Below are positions 1 to 11,349 of a stretch of 54,458 nt of DNA, piece by piece. The notes below the pieces were generated by a model that was not told the DNA's origin, ran no database searches, and worked only from the letters and a program-made list of their open reading frames with translations. This stretch comes from Octopus bimaculoides (lineage: Eukaryota). The stretch spans positions 51,710,834-51,765,291 of the forward strand of contig NC_068984.1 in assembly GCF_001194135.2 (NCBI RefSeq), written 5' to 3'. How positions within the stretch are numbered: the first letter of the stretch is position 1; each line of letters opens with the position of its first letter. The translations under genes and the position numbers were made by a program.

Positions 1-255
1 TACCTTCCGGATCCAGGAAGACTGCCCTTATTTTCAAGTCTAGGCCTTTCCGAAATAGCACCGCAGTACCTCCACCGCCCGCTCCCGGCCGACACGGAGA
101 TAGGAAAATCTCGTACCCGCCAAAAAGGGCTGCGGGTTGGAGAGCCTGGTTTCGCTAATGGCTGCTACATCTACACTGTAAGACCTCAGGTCGTTCAACA
201 GGTGACCTTGTTTCCAAGGCGACCCGAGGCCTCTCACATTTATGCTTCCGATTCT
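1..255 (-). mobile_element. L1/Tx1-like non-LTR retrotransposon, N-terminal APE endonuclease fragment (continues out of the window to the left)
   Basis: Minus strand reads IGSINVRGLGSPWKQGHLLNDLRSYSVDVAAISETRL. After a frameshift near 125 it reads GYEIFLSPCRPGAGGGGTAVLFRKGLDLKIRAVFLDPEG. These match APE motifs SxNVxGL, D-x4-ET and GxAIL..DxxG. Segment is GC/CpG-rich relative to its flanks. Confidence 0.85.
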
Positions 256-1010
256 GATTTGGTTTAGTTTCTATGGCTGGATGCCCTTCCTAATACCAAC
301 CACTGTGAGAGAGAGGTGTGTGTTTTTTATGTGCCACTGGCCTGACACCGGCATTAACCACGACTATGGTCTCACTTCGCTTGACAGGGCTACACAAGCA
401 TGGTATATTGCCAAAGGTCTTTGTCACCTGTCACTGTCTCCATGAGGCCCAATGCTTGAATGGTACTTTACGTGCCACTAGCATGAGTGCCAGTCAGATG
501 ACACTGGCATCGGTCATGACTATGATTTCACTTGGTTTGACAAGTCTTCACAAGCACGGCATATCACCCAACGATTGAAGGGTGCTTTTAACGGGCCAGT
601 TTCATGACACTGGTATCAGCCACAATTACAATCTCACTTGTCTTGAGGGGTCTTCTCAAGCACAGCATATCTCCAAAGGTCTTGGTTGCCCAACATTCAA
701 AGATTGTGCTTCACCACCTTGTCTCATTTCTTCCCGGTTCTACCTCTTCCACAGGTTCCCTCCACCATTAGAATGTGACACTTCTTCACACAGCTGACCT
801 CATCCATACACATCACATGACCATACCAAGGCAGTCATCTCTCTCTTGCACACCACATCTGATGCTGCTTATGTCCAACTTTTCTCTCAGGATGCTTACA
901 CTGTCATGCATGCACACTAACATTACACATTCAGCAGAGCGTACTAGCTTCATTTCTTACATGCCTACGCACGCCCTCAGCAGTCACAGCCTGTGTTTCT
1001 CTGCAGTGTA
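256..1010 (-). mobile_element. RTE-clade LINE 3' fragment (ORF C-terminus plus 3' UTR with three tandem units)
   Basis: Reverse-complement homologous to 10220-10780. Contains the ttaggaagggcatccagc tail motif and the degraded RTE C-terminal region. Confidence 0.75.
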
Positions 1011-1354
1011 GCATGGCTGTTCACATGCAGGCATCATACAGTGTGCCTTTCACTCTGAGTGAGAGGTCCTTTGTTATCAAATTATATGGTAGAAAATGTT
1101 AATTTACTGAAGTAAAATATGTTTTCATGGCTGACTGAATTTTGCATTGTGTTACAAGCTTGATTTCAAATTATTTTATTTAAGAATAGTACAAGAGAAA
1201 TTCAAAACAATTCTGTGAAAAAGAACCCAATTTACAAAAATAAACAAAGAAAATGGCAAAAAATACTCTCAGGAAACATGTAAATAAACAAAATATAAAA
1301 CCATGCGTATCCTATCTCCGTTATATATCACTCAAGAACAGAGCCATTTTGATA

Positions 1355-2022
1355 GTATTATAGGCCCCAGGCAAAGCAATGCACCAAGTCTATAGTATTT
1401 ATTTATTGATAGCAAGCCACATCATGCATAGTTTCTATTGCCCTCTGTTGGAACCACAAGCAACAGTAAGATGGCACTACTCCAAGACACCCTAGCATGT
1501 CTGTCTAAACATTTTTCATCCAAAACACTTGAGGAACTATCATACGTGATTGCAACAATAAGGGACATCCAAGCACCCTCCAAAGTATCATTTGATACTT
1601 TACTGAGCTGGGATTAATGCTGGATTAACCATTAAGCAAAATAAGCACATGTTTAGGGCATCAAGGGTAGGAATGGGCACCACAGAAATAGTAAATGGTT
1701 TACAGCACAAAAGAAATCACTTTAAACTTGCTAAAATAATATTCGGGATGCCTTTATTTCTACTAAATATAGATGTAGATGTGTTACCTAAGATTAATTT
1801 TGAGGATCTGATCAAAGACCTTGCAATTCAAAAAAGCAAGAGGCAACTTTTCAAATATAAATAAAGTGGAAGTATAGAAAAATAAATATTATTTTCCCTC
1901 TTACTCTTTTGTTTCATTTTGAAAAATAAAAATTTATTTTATAGTTTGTTATTGTTTATATTTTGAATTACATAATCTTTTATGGGGGCACCAAAATCTT
2001 TTAGGTACTTAATCCGGTCCTG
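1355..2022 (+). mobile_element. hAT-like DNA transposon remnant (transposase C-terminal dimerisation region and 3' TIR)
   Basis: 1740-1864 translates LFLLNIDVDVLPKINFEDLIKDLAIQKSKRQLFK, similar to the hAT C-terminal consensus LxxLxIExD...IxFEDxIxDFAxxKxR. Ends in ttaatccggtcctg, a CAGGGCCGG-like TIR. The 5' boundary is approximate. Confidence 0.6.
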
Positions 2023-2883
2023 GCTGGGATGCTAACAAAGTCCAAAGCTTCCAGATCCTTGAAAGTCACATTCAGCTCCCCTGAATGTCTCTAAAGCCAC
2101 AGGTTGGAAAATGTAATTTACTGACAAATTATGGTATTTCAGTATCTTACTCTATTGAGCTTATGGATGCAGCAACCTCTACTTCTATACTTCCATTACA
2201 ACAATGAGATGTGATGTAATAAGAGCTACTGACATTGGTGTTGCATACAAAGCATCTGCTTTTACTCAAAGGCAAAAAAAAAAAGGAGTCTATCAGACAA
2301 TCCCACTGGTTCTAAAATTGAGGTAATATTTACCCTGGTTAAGGCTTGCTAAATTTCAAATCCATTACTCATGTGCCATTGTGTATTCAAACAGTATTGT
2401 TAACTTTACATTGTGATAGTTTATCAGCTTGTCTGAAAATATTACTTGTGATAGTCTTTGTATTGAACTGGTGATGATTTATCTATTATGAACTTAATGC
2501 TATGAAACTTCAAGTAACCATTGGTCATTAAGTTCTGTAAAAGATTATGGATAAAAGATAAAATATTTTTTCTTTTTGCCTTTTAAATGAGGGGATGCAG
2601 TATAACTATTTTTCCTCTATATTTGTAAGGTACACAGTTTCAAAGCATTCTCCTCACGCTGGCTTCCGCTGGATGTTTACACCTTCATAATTCTGTCACC
2701 TTGTTAATGGAGCTTAGCTTCAAATATGACCACTCCATTTCAGATGAGTATTAAATGGACAGGATGGAGAGCTATTGTTCAGTAGTTTGCAGTGATTAAT
2801 ATTGGATAATCATTTAATACAATTAAATGCTTGCAGAGAAAAGTAGCTTATACAAAAATACAATAAATTTTCTCTCTCACCAC

Positions 2884-3140
2884 ATATATATATATATATG
2901 TGTGTGTGTATGTGTATAAATATATATGCATTTGTATGTCTGTGTGTATATATGTGTGTGTGTGAATGTTTGTGTGCGAATGTCTGTATGTGTGAATATG
3001 TTTGTGTGTGTATGTATATGTTCGTGTGTGAGTATGTGTTCATGTATGTGCATATTTGTTTGTGTCTGTGTATGTGTGAATATGTTTGTGTGTGTATGTG
3101 AATATGTGTTCATGTGTGAAAGTTTGTGTCTGTGTGTATA
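2884..3140. repeat. Compound (TA)/(TG) microsatellite with recurring tgtgtgaatatgtttg subunits
   Basis: Directly visible low-complexity array; it produces the spurious H/T/C/V-rich ORFs at 2810-3174. Confidence 0.95.
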
Positions 3141-3142
3141 TA

Positions 3143-4300
3143 CGGTACCATGCAAAAGTTTTCAGCCGCTTTAAACTATTGTAAATTTCTACTAATTGCG
3201 AACTTATAAGTGGATGTTTTGCATTGTGTTTTTGACAGATGAAGCATTAGCCCTGTTGGAGTCATTTCCATACATAATCATTATATTTTGTAGTAGGGGT
3301 TCTGAATGAGATTGGAAGATGTGAGACGACCACCAAAAATGGCCATTCAAAAGTCTTCAGCCACCTCACATACACCAATCAAGATACAGCGTTTTAAAAC
3401 AAAAAAATTTCTATAATGAAAATTTATTACATAATGTTCATTTCAAGAAGTTACTGTACATTGTTAATATTTCATGTGGCTTCACTTAGCTTGAGTAATT
3501 GCTTCAGATACGTACATATCCTTCACCATCTTCACAAGTGTGAAATGCCACTCCCTGTGGCTGAGTTTCCACAACTCTTCAAGGTTGTGTGGATTCTTCT
3601 GACAAACTCTTCTCTTTATTTCTGTCCACATTTGCTCAATGATATTTAAATCAGTCAGGGCTCTGAGCTGGTCAATCTTTGAATATGGTAACACTTTCAT
3701 CAACCAGGCTCTGTTGTGTTGCACGCGATCTGCAGCATGGAGCTCCGTCATGTTGAAAAATCTCACTTTCAACCAAGTCTGGTATCAAATTGTCCTTCAG
3801 CAATTGAATGTATTTGGCACTATTCAAGATACCATCAATTTTAACCAACTTTCTTGGACCATCACTTTTTATGTATCCTCAAAGCATCAGACTCTTACCA
3901 CCAAACTTCATTGTTTACATTGTGTTATGTGGGTCATTTTGCTTTCCTGGAGGCCTGGCAAATTCTCGCTTATTAGACTGATGTAATTATTGCTGCCTTT
4001 CTGAGACACAGCTCTCTGAGAAAGTTCAGCTAACTGAAATGGATTGTGGATACAGTTTCTTAAGTGTAAGCAGGCCAGGCTAATAGATGAGAATTGAAAG
4101 AGCCATGTTAGCTTTGTAATCAGACAAAAACCTAGCTGATAGGCTAGATGAGCTGTGATCCAATGTTAATGACCATATCATTAAACCCCATCTATTGCTG
4201 TCTTCTGGACATCATGTGACTTTCTTTTCTGTTGATGCAACAACTCTTCACATAGCAGAAGACACTCTCTTTTCTTTGAGAATTTTAGAAATGCCATCAT
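3143..4300 (-). mobile_element. Tc1-family DNA transposon, decayed
   Basis: TA followed by TIR-like cggtaccatgcaaaagtttt at 3141-3162. Minus strand, with stops and frameshifts: TMKFGGKSLML*GYIKSDGPRKLVKIDGILNSAKYIQLLKDNLIPDL, FQHDGAPC (second catalytic D), *PAQSPD, DLNIIEQMWTEIKRRVCQKNPHNLEELW. Second TIR not found, so the right boundary is approximate. Confidence 0.85.
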
Positions 4301-5269
4301 TTCCACACTGGTGACGAAATCATCCTATCTGTTGATTTTTAAAACCTAGTTAGATCAAAATTACATGTGGTCAAGCTTAGGGTGCTATGCTTTAGCATAG
4401 ATAGAATGAATACTGTGGTCTTTGCCTGCTGCATTCATTTTCCAAACTGGATCTAATGATAATCAGTATTTTGTTCCATCATAAATTCAAGCATGCAAAG
4501 TTACCTGGACTGATTCTTGATCCAAACAGGGTCATCTTATTGACTTTATCATAATACATAAACATGACATTTGTAGTCTCTGTAGCATTAAAGTCTTGTG
4601 TGGTGTTACATGTTAAATGGTTAAAACATTGTAGAAGGAAAGCAGAAACTGGTTGTTAGGATAAGGTTTGCACCAAATTGCACAAAGCTTTCTGAAATAG
4701 CTAAATTTTGACAGACTCCAAGACCCTGCAACATCTGCATTCTTTTGTAAAGCTCTCAGAAAATTTCTTCATAGACATGTATTAGAAGTACATTATATAT
4801 CGGAGCAAAGTGAACACCATTGCAGCATTGACCTATGAGAATAAGTAACACATTTTGTCCTTCTTAGCACTTTGTATTAGTCACTGTTTCCTACAGATAA
4901 AAGCATAACTTTTGTCTTGGCAATTGACAAGCCCCAAGTAGACCAAAACCCCTACTAGGGGTTTGTCATTCTCATGAGTTGTATCTACAATGATGTTCTT
5001 TTGACTCCACCATATGTGTTTTTAATACAGTATATTTCTGAGATTTTCTGCCAGCAAAAATCACAGTAGCATACCTTTCATTGGGGTATATACATTTAGT
5101 ACGATATACATATGGCATTTTTTATCTGTTGCTTTTCAGTTGTGATCACTGATTGAAATTCATATTTTTATTTTAATCCCATAAATTGTCTTATTTATAC
5201 TTGCAGTCGTCATATTTTAATTTTGCCATTTTTATCTTTTTAGGTTTCTGCTTTGAATGAATTGCCATC

Positions 5270-5753
5270 ATGAGGGGTATGATAAAATACTGGCCACAAA
5301 ATACTCGTCTTTTTATCCTTTCTAATCTGATGTTGGTTACCATGGTCCTATGTTTAACAGCTCTTTTTTTGCCGTATTGGTTTGTTGTTGACTTCCACTA
5401 TACAAAATCCAATGAACCAATAAAAGTTTATGTGCCAACTAAAACTCCCACAACAGTCGTTCCTACAGCACAGACAACTACAAATGACTCTGCCCCAGTG
5501 ATTGGTAGAAAGAAACGATCAGTAGAACGGAGCTGGCTACATGCTCTTTTGCCAACCCAAATACATCTGCGCTACAAACGCCAGCTTACTAAACTTGGTC
5601 AGACCTTTAACAATTTACATGTTCCTGCAGTAAATGTTGGCCTATTTTACCTGGAGTACCCGTATGCTGATTTCAAGACCTTAACTGAGTTGAAGTACAA
5701 GCTGATATCTCTTGTACATCTTGAGAACACTGCTCCAGTTTTAGTGGTTCCGA
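5270..5753 (+). CDS. Four-TM PMP22/claudin-superfamily-like protein, coding exon 1 of 3
   Basis: Acceptor tttttag|g gives exon start 5244; an in-frame TGA at 5258 precedes ATG 5270. TM1 is LFILSNLMLVTMVLCLTALFLPYW, followed by W...GLF. Donor a|gtaagt, phase 1 (484 nt coding). Confidence 0.85.
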
Positions 5754-6989
5754 GTAAGTATTTATTCTGTTGTGTTGTTCACAAAAACAGTTCTATGGAA
5801 AAGAGTTATATATTATCATCATTTTTACATTCACTTTTTTGTGCTGGCATAGGTTAGATTGGTTGACATATTCCGTATAAGTTTTTATTTGGAGATATTA
5901 CCCTCCTAGACAGGTTGGAGCCATATCTCATTCATACATTCCATTTGTTAAGCACTCAATCATTTCAGAGTATGAGGTACATTTTAACATAGTACCAGCA
6001 CTATAGCAGTTGTTGTCTTCCTAGCAAAGCTAAAGAGTCTTCTTTCCACTACATTGTTTCTGTTCATTCACTGGCACCTGAGGGGTTATCTTGTCCCTGA
6101 CGTGACTAAAGAGGGTGTCTAATTCCTTTCCTTGTCTCCCTTTGTTTGTTCCTTTCTTTTCCATACGACTAGTGTGGATAGAGGTCTTTTCTGTCACATC
6201 ACTGGCCCTAGAAGGGCTAAAGACACCCCTTTCTCTGCTTCAATCTCGTCTAGATTTTCTAAAGATCTTCTTCCCCTTGCATCAGTCTGTATTCTTATTA
6301 TTCATAGATCAACATGTTCAGCTTAATCCACGAGTGGGAACTGAGTTTCATAGCTGCAGTATAAACTGTTGCTTATAGGAGTTGCTTCCATTTTCATTCT
6401 TATAAGCAGCTTTATATGGTAAGAAGTTTTATTGAGATCGTCTAGTATTGTCTTTAATATCTTTCCTAGGTTAGAGTGAAGAGACTGAGTATAAGGAGTT
6501 TTCCCCCATACCACTCTGCAGGAGAGGCCAGTGTGTGTTAATGCCCCCTTAGCACTATGTGGTATGGTAGGGAGTTTTATATAGACAACCAAGTATCTCT
6601 AATTCTAATTTTTTTTTTATCAGAGCAGAGCCTAATATCAATTAGGAAAACAGTTGTCCCAAGTATTGTCTTACAGGGCTAAGAGTATTTCTTATACACA
6701 GCATCATCTGTTGCAGTTTTAATGACAAATTGGCATAAAGTTGTTAGTTGCAAACAAACTGAGGCTGTTTCCATGGAACTAAATTGTGCCTTTAGATAAA
6801 GAGAGATTTATTGTATTTGTCCAGGCTTATAAACCAATGTCTGATAATCCCCCATAGTCAGAATGAATGTGGGTGTAAAATAAGATAGCCTGAATGATAT
6901 GATTACAGAGAGAGAGAAACATGATGGTTGTTGGCGAGGAGATTGAATTGACAAAACATGGTATTGTCCTTTGCCATCTCCTTCATGAA

Positions 6990-7430
6990 ATTCAGTTTAT
7001 TGGGATTAGATGTCACCAGTTCCTCCTATGCCTTCTCTTTCTCTCTCTTCTACATGTTCCATCCAGTTGGAATGTAGCATTTTACATATGTATAGTTACG
7101 TCCATCAAACACGGTATTCTTTCTTCCACTCTTCATCTGATTCTTAATATACTCAGTTTTCCTCTCATCTCTTTTGTGCTCTATCATTCATACACATTCA
7201 ACAGAGCATGCTCATCTCATTTATCTGTAGCATTTATAAATCTTCTGCATTCAAGGTCCTTGTCCCTCTACCGTGTAACTTTACTCTTTATACAGAAGCT
7301 TCAGTGTGTGTGAGAGAGACATCCTTAATTGCTAGCAAAATTACCAGCTCTCTTGCTCCCCTTCTCACTGTGCATACATGCACATACACAGTTTCCTTTA
7401 TATTTTTAAGTGACATCCTCTTCTAACAAC
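6990..7430 (-). mobile_element. RTE-clade LINE 3' ORF fragment, decayed
   Basis: Minus strand with stops: RTLNAEDL*MLQINEMSMLC*MC and QLDGTCRRERKRRH, similar to RTE WTLxAED..RNEMSMLRWMC ... EGTCGRGRPRK. Confidence 0.6.
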
Positions 7431-7799
7431 TGTGCCATCTTTACTAATCCTGCTACTCAGTACCCCTCTCTTTTGCATCCTTCTTCCCCCCCCCCCAACT
7501 CATGACTCTTTGATCATCTGCCCTTCAACTCTACCTCATTTTTGCTTCCCCATCAGTTTGCATCCCCTCCCATAGTTCTCCTTCCCATACAGTCTTGCAC
7601 ACTGATTCTTCAACTCATTTTGTGCCTTCTGAAGTTATCTACACATCTCATTGCCATTATCTATCTCTTGCTATTTCCACTGTTCATTTTTCTCTTCCTC
7701 TCCCTTTCCACTACTAGACATGAGTAGCCATCAGATTCTCCCCTCCCCCACTTCTCATACTTCAATTTCTTCATCCACTAGTTCTAGTTGATCCTCACC

Positions 7800-8010
7800 T
7801 CATCCCAAGGTTTGTAGTTCTGCAAGCTGCATGGCAACCTCAATAGTGCAGGCAGCATGTATAGAAAGCACCTAGTCCACACTGTAAAGTGGTTGGTGTT
7901 AGGAAGGGCATCCAGCTGTAGAAACCATACCAAAACAGACATTGGGGCATGATGCAGTCCTTGGACACATCAGATCCTGTCAGGCTATCCAATTCAAGCT
8001 AGTATGGAAC
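7800..8010 (+). repeat. RTE 3'-tail-derived short repeat
   Basis: Contains gtggttggtgttaggaagggcatccagctgtagaaacc, shared with 10730-10765, 24540-24570, 54325-54350 and (reverse) 24465-24495 and 53000-53060. Confidence 0.65.
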
Positions 8011-8439
8011 AGACATATAAGGATATCTTTGGTAATTGTATGCTATATACCCAGAATATAAGCTCCTGGTTATAGCCAAGTATATGACACAAACGTGATT
8101 AGTAAAATAAAAAGAATCACCATTATGCACAACAACTGCTTTGTTAATTTCACAAGTGTTTCACATATGTTGGAATTGGCTCTCTCCAGTTGATTTTCTC
8201 TAAATGTGGAGCAATTCCTCAATGGTTATAGGGGCACCAAACTGTACTACATTATTTAATAAAAAATGGATGAAGGGAAATAACAAAAACTACCCAAGAT
8301 TTGACAATAGTAATGATATTTTATCTATAAAGCTATAGGAAACAAAATTTCTTAACTGACTGATTCTTGTCTTTCTTTTACATTAAATTTCCCACTTCTT
8401 ATCTCTTGCCTTTTTCCATCTCTCTTGGTGAAATTCTTT

Positions 8440-8610
8440 CTTGCTCTTTACATCCTGAGTTCAAATCCTGCCAAGGTCAAATTTGCCTTTCATCATCATG
8501 GGGCTGATAATTATAAAGTACCAGTCAAGTACTGTGATAATGAAATCAACTAACCTGTTTCCACTAAAATTACTGGCCTTGTGCCCAAAATTTGAAACCA
8601 TTATTATTAT
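8440..8610 (+). mobile_element. tRNA-derived SINE family A, 5'-truncated
   Basis: gagttcaaatcc B-box-like motif, tttgcctttcatc...aagtaccagtcaagtactg body and accattattatt tail, shared with 8877-9105 and 14113-14315. Confidence 0.7.
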
Positions 8611-8614
8611 TGTG

Positions 8615-8840
8615 GAAGTGCATGGGTTAGAGATGTTGGACTTATGATTGTAAGATTGTGGTTTCGATTCTTTGACATACTGTGTTCATAAGCAAAACAT
8701 TTCATTTCATACTGCTCCAGTCCACTCAGCTGGCAAAAATGCATAATCCTTGCAACAGACTGGTGTCCCATCCAGGTGAGGAATATATACATCATGAAAA
8801 CTGGGAAACCAGCCCTTTGAGTCTATATAGTTCAGGAAGG
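8615..8840 (+). mobile_element. tRNA-derived SINE family C
   Basis: Head gggttagagatgttggacttatgattgtaagattgtggtttcgattc; body ccagtccactcagctggcaaaaat; homologous to 12690-12895 and 24065-24330. Confidence 0.75.
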
Positions 8841-8876
8841 AACTTTACTTACTTTTTATTACTATTATTATTATTA

Positions 8877-9105
8877 GGCAGTGTTCTTGTAGAATTGTTA
8901 GCACACCGGGCAAAATGCCTAGCGGTGTTTCATATGTCTTTACATTCTGAGTTCAAATTCTGCTGAGGTCGACTTTGTCTTTCATGCTTTCAGGTTTGAT
9001 AAAATAAGTATCAATTGAGCACTGGGATTGATGTAATCGACCTACCTGCTCTCCTGAAATTGCTGGCCGTGTACCAAAATTTGAAACCATTATTATTATT
9101 ATTAT
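8877..9105 (+). mobile_element. tRNA-derived SINE family A
   Basis: tagaattgttagcacaccgggcaaaatgcctagcgg...gagttcaaattc...gatgtaatcgac...tttgaaaccattattatt. Confidence 0.8.
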
Positions 9106-9294
9106 TCTTACATCTCTTACGCAGACAACCATTTGAAAAAATAATGATTAATGAATTAAGTACTAAATGAAGTACTGGGATCAATAAAATTAACTTAAAA
9201 CTTTGAAAGTAGTGCTCCAGCTTGATTGCAGTGTGTTGACTGATTCCCATAAAAGAATAAAAGGGAAACTATTTTTGTTTTTCTTTTCTTTCAG

Positions 9295-9438
9295 AAACTT
9301 TGTATGTTGGCCAAGTCTTGTATTCCATTGGTATGTTTGCTTTAACCATGTGTACAGTTGGAATATTCATATTGGCATGCCAAAAATATAGCTCTGTTAC
9401 TGGTGAGATTGCATCAGCAGGCTTTGTGACATTTTCAG
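9295..9438 (+). CDS. Four-TM PMP22/claudin-like protein, coding exon 2 of 3
   Basis: Acceptor ttttctttcag|, donor tcag|gtgagt; 144 nt, phase 1-1. Reads (K)TLYVGQVLYSIGMFALTMCTVGIFILACQKYSSVTGEIASAGFVTFS (TM2 and start of TM3). Confidence 0.85.
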
Positions 9439-10219
9439 GTGAGTAAACTATATTTTGTATATAATTTTAATACAACTTAATAATTTTAATACAATTATTA
9501 CATATTTTTTTAAATATTTATGTGTGCATTAATTGTGAATGTTTAGATACTGTAGCGTGATGGAGGAAAAAGACAACAGAAAAAGAAGCAAAAGGGAGAA
9601 AGAAATACAGAGACCTTACCTGTTGACCGTGGCGGGATGAGCGATCACTGACCAGATAAAAACACGACCTTTCACACACGCCGTCTCTCATCAAACTGGT
9701 GCACATGCTTTGTGCCCACACATGCCCCCGTGGCTCTTCCGCCAGCCCCTGCAGTCTTCATTTCCGTTTGCCTCATCTGCAATCCTCTTCACTAACACCA
9801 CATAGCTCATCACAGCCCATAACACCACAAACACCACAGATACTCTAGTAAAAACTAATCATGAAAAAATAGCTTTGGTAAATTTTTGCTGTCTAAAGGA
9901 TCTAGGGTCAAGATCCTTGACTCCTGACATTAAGACAACTAAGGTATAAATAGCTACCATAACTTGTACATTCATCGCTGCAAATAATATGAACACCGTC
10001 TAATTATTATTTAATTATCCTGCAGCATTGAGTTCAGAATCTTCATACAGAATGAACTCTACCAAGCCAGGCAATACTTTATGTACATTTACTACATTAA
10101 GACAGCTTTCACATGCTACTCTTATGAACCAACTGGTTACAAAGTTCTCATAAATATACAGTAGACAATAGCAGCTTGTCTTACAACAACGTAATGTGTA
10201 ATTTTATGAAAAAACTAAA

Positions 10220-10872
10220 CATCCTGGTGGCACTGCGCTGGATATGTAATGTCAGTGTGCATACACAACAGAGTGTAAGTGCCCTGAGAGAAAAATTGGA
10301 CACAAGAAGCATCAGATGTGGTGTGCAAGAGAGATGACTGCACTGGTATGGTCATGTGTTGCATATGGATGAGGTCAGCAGTGTGAAAAAGTGTCACACC
10401 CTAGCAGTAACGGGAACCTGTGGAACAGGAAGACCTGGGATGAGGTGGTGAAGCACGACCTTTGAACGTTAAGCCTCACGGAGGCGATGACAAGTGACTG
10501 CGACCTTTGGAGATATGCTGTGCTTGAGAAAACCCAACAAAACAAGTGAGACCATAACCATGGCCTATGCCAGTGCAGCATAACCAGCCCATTTAAGAGT
10601 ACCTTTCAATCATTGGGCAATAAACTGTGCTTGCAAAGACCTGTTGAGTCAAGTGAAATCATTGTCGTGGCCGATGACAGTGGCACCTGTCCCGGTGGCA
10701 CATAAAAAGCACCCACTACACTCTCGGAGTGGTTGGTGTTAGGAAGGGCATCCAGCTGTATAAACTTTTCCAGATCAGATTGGAGCCTGGTGCAGCGTTC
10801 TGGCTTGCCAGCCCTCATCCAAACTATGCCAGCAATGAAAGCAGATGTTAAATGATGATGATGATGATGTTG
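10220..10872 (+). mobile_element. RTE-clade LINE 3' end with 3' UTR and (TGA)n tail
   Basis: Translates ALREKLDTRSIRCGVQER*LHWYGHVLHMDEVSSVKKCHTLAVTGTCGTGRP (RTE LRWYGHVxRM...GRP motif). Ends aaatgatgatgatgatgatg. Confidence 0.85.
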
Positions 10873-11349
10873 ATACAAAAGAAAGGTGGAGTTTGAAAAC
10901 CTATAAACAACATATATATTTCCATATAAATAACAGGATAACTTTTTCTTTTTACCTGATCGATTGTAATTAAATGCAGCAAGATCATCTGTTGCTTTGT
11001 CTGGATACAGAACAGGGCTGTAATTTTTCAGCTAAATGCCTTTTTTATATCTGTAAAGTTGAAGCAAATATTAAATTTTTTAAGGAGAGTATAGGACATT
11101 GAAATGGGACATTTATAGTTCAATTTCCTTTAGCAATGTATTCATGAATTATGGTGTTATGTTGCTGAAGACTGGGTCGTTAGTTTCACTTGTGACACAC
11201 TTTGTAAAAAATGTGAGGAAGAAATCATAAGTGATAGATGTCAAGCATTTTATTAATTATGAGGAAAAAGTGGGTTAACCAAGAATCAAAATCGTATTGC
11301 AAACATAATTGTATGTTATTTTACCACCACAGTACATCCCTTAACTGGT

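Noticed and set aside
2810-3174. Overlapping 67-92 aa ORFs rich in H/T or C/V
   Set aside because: Translations of a TG/TA microsatellite.
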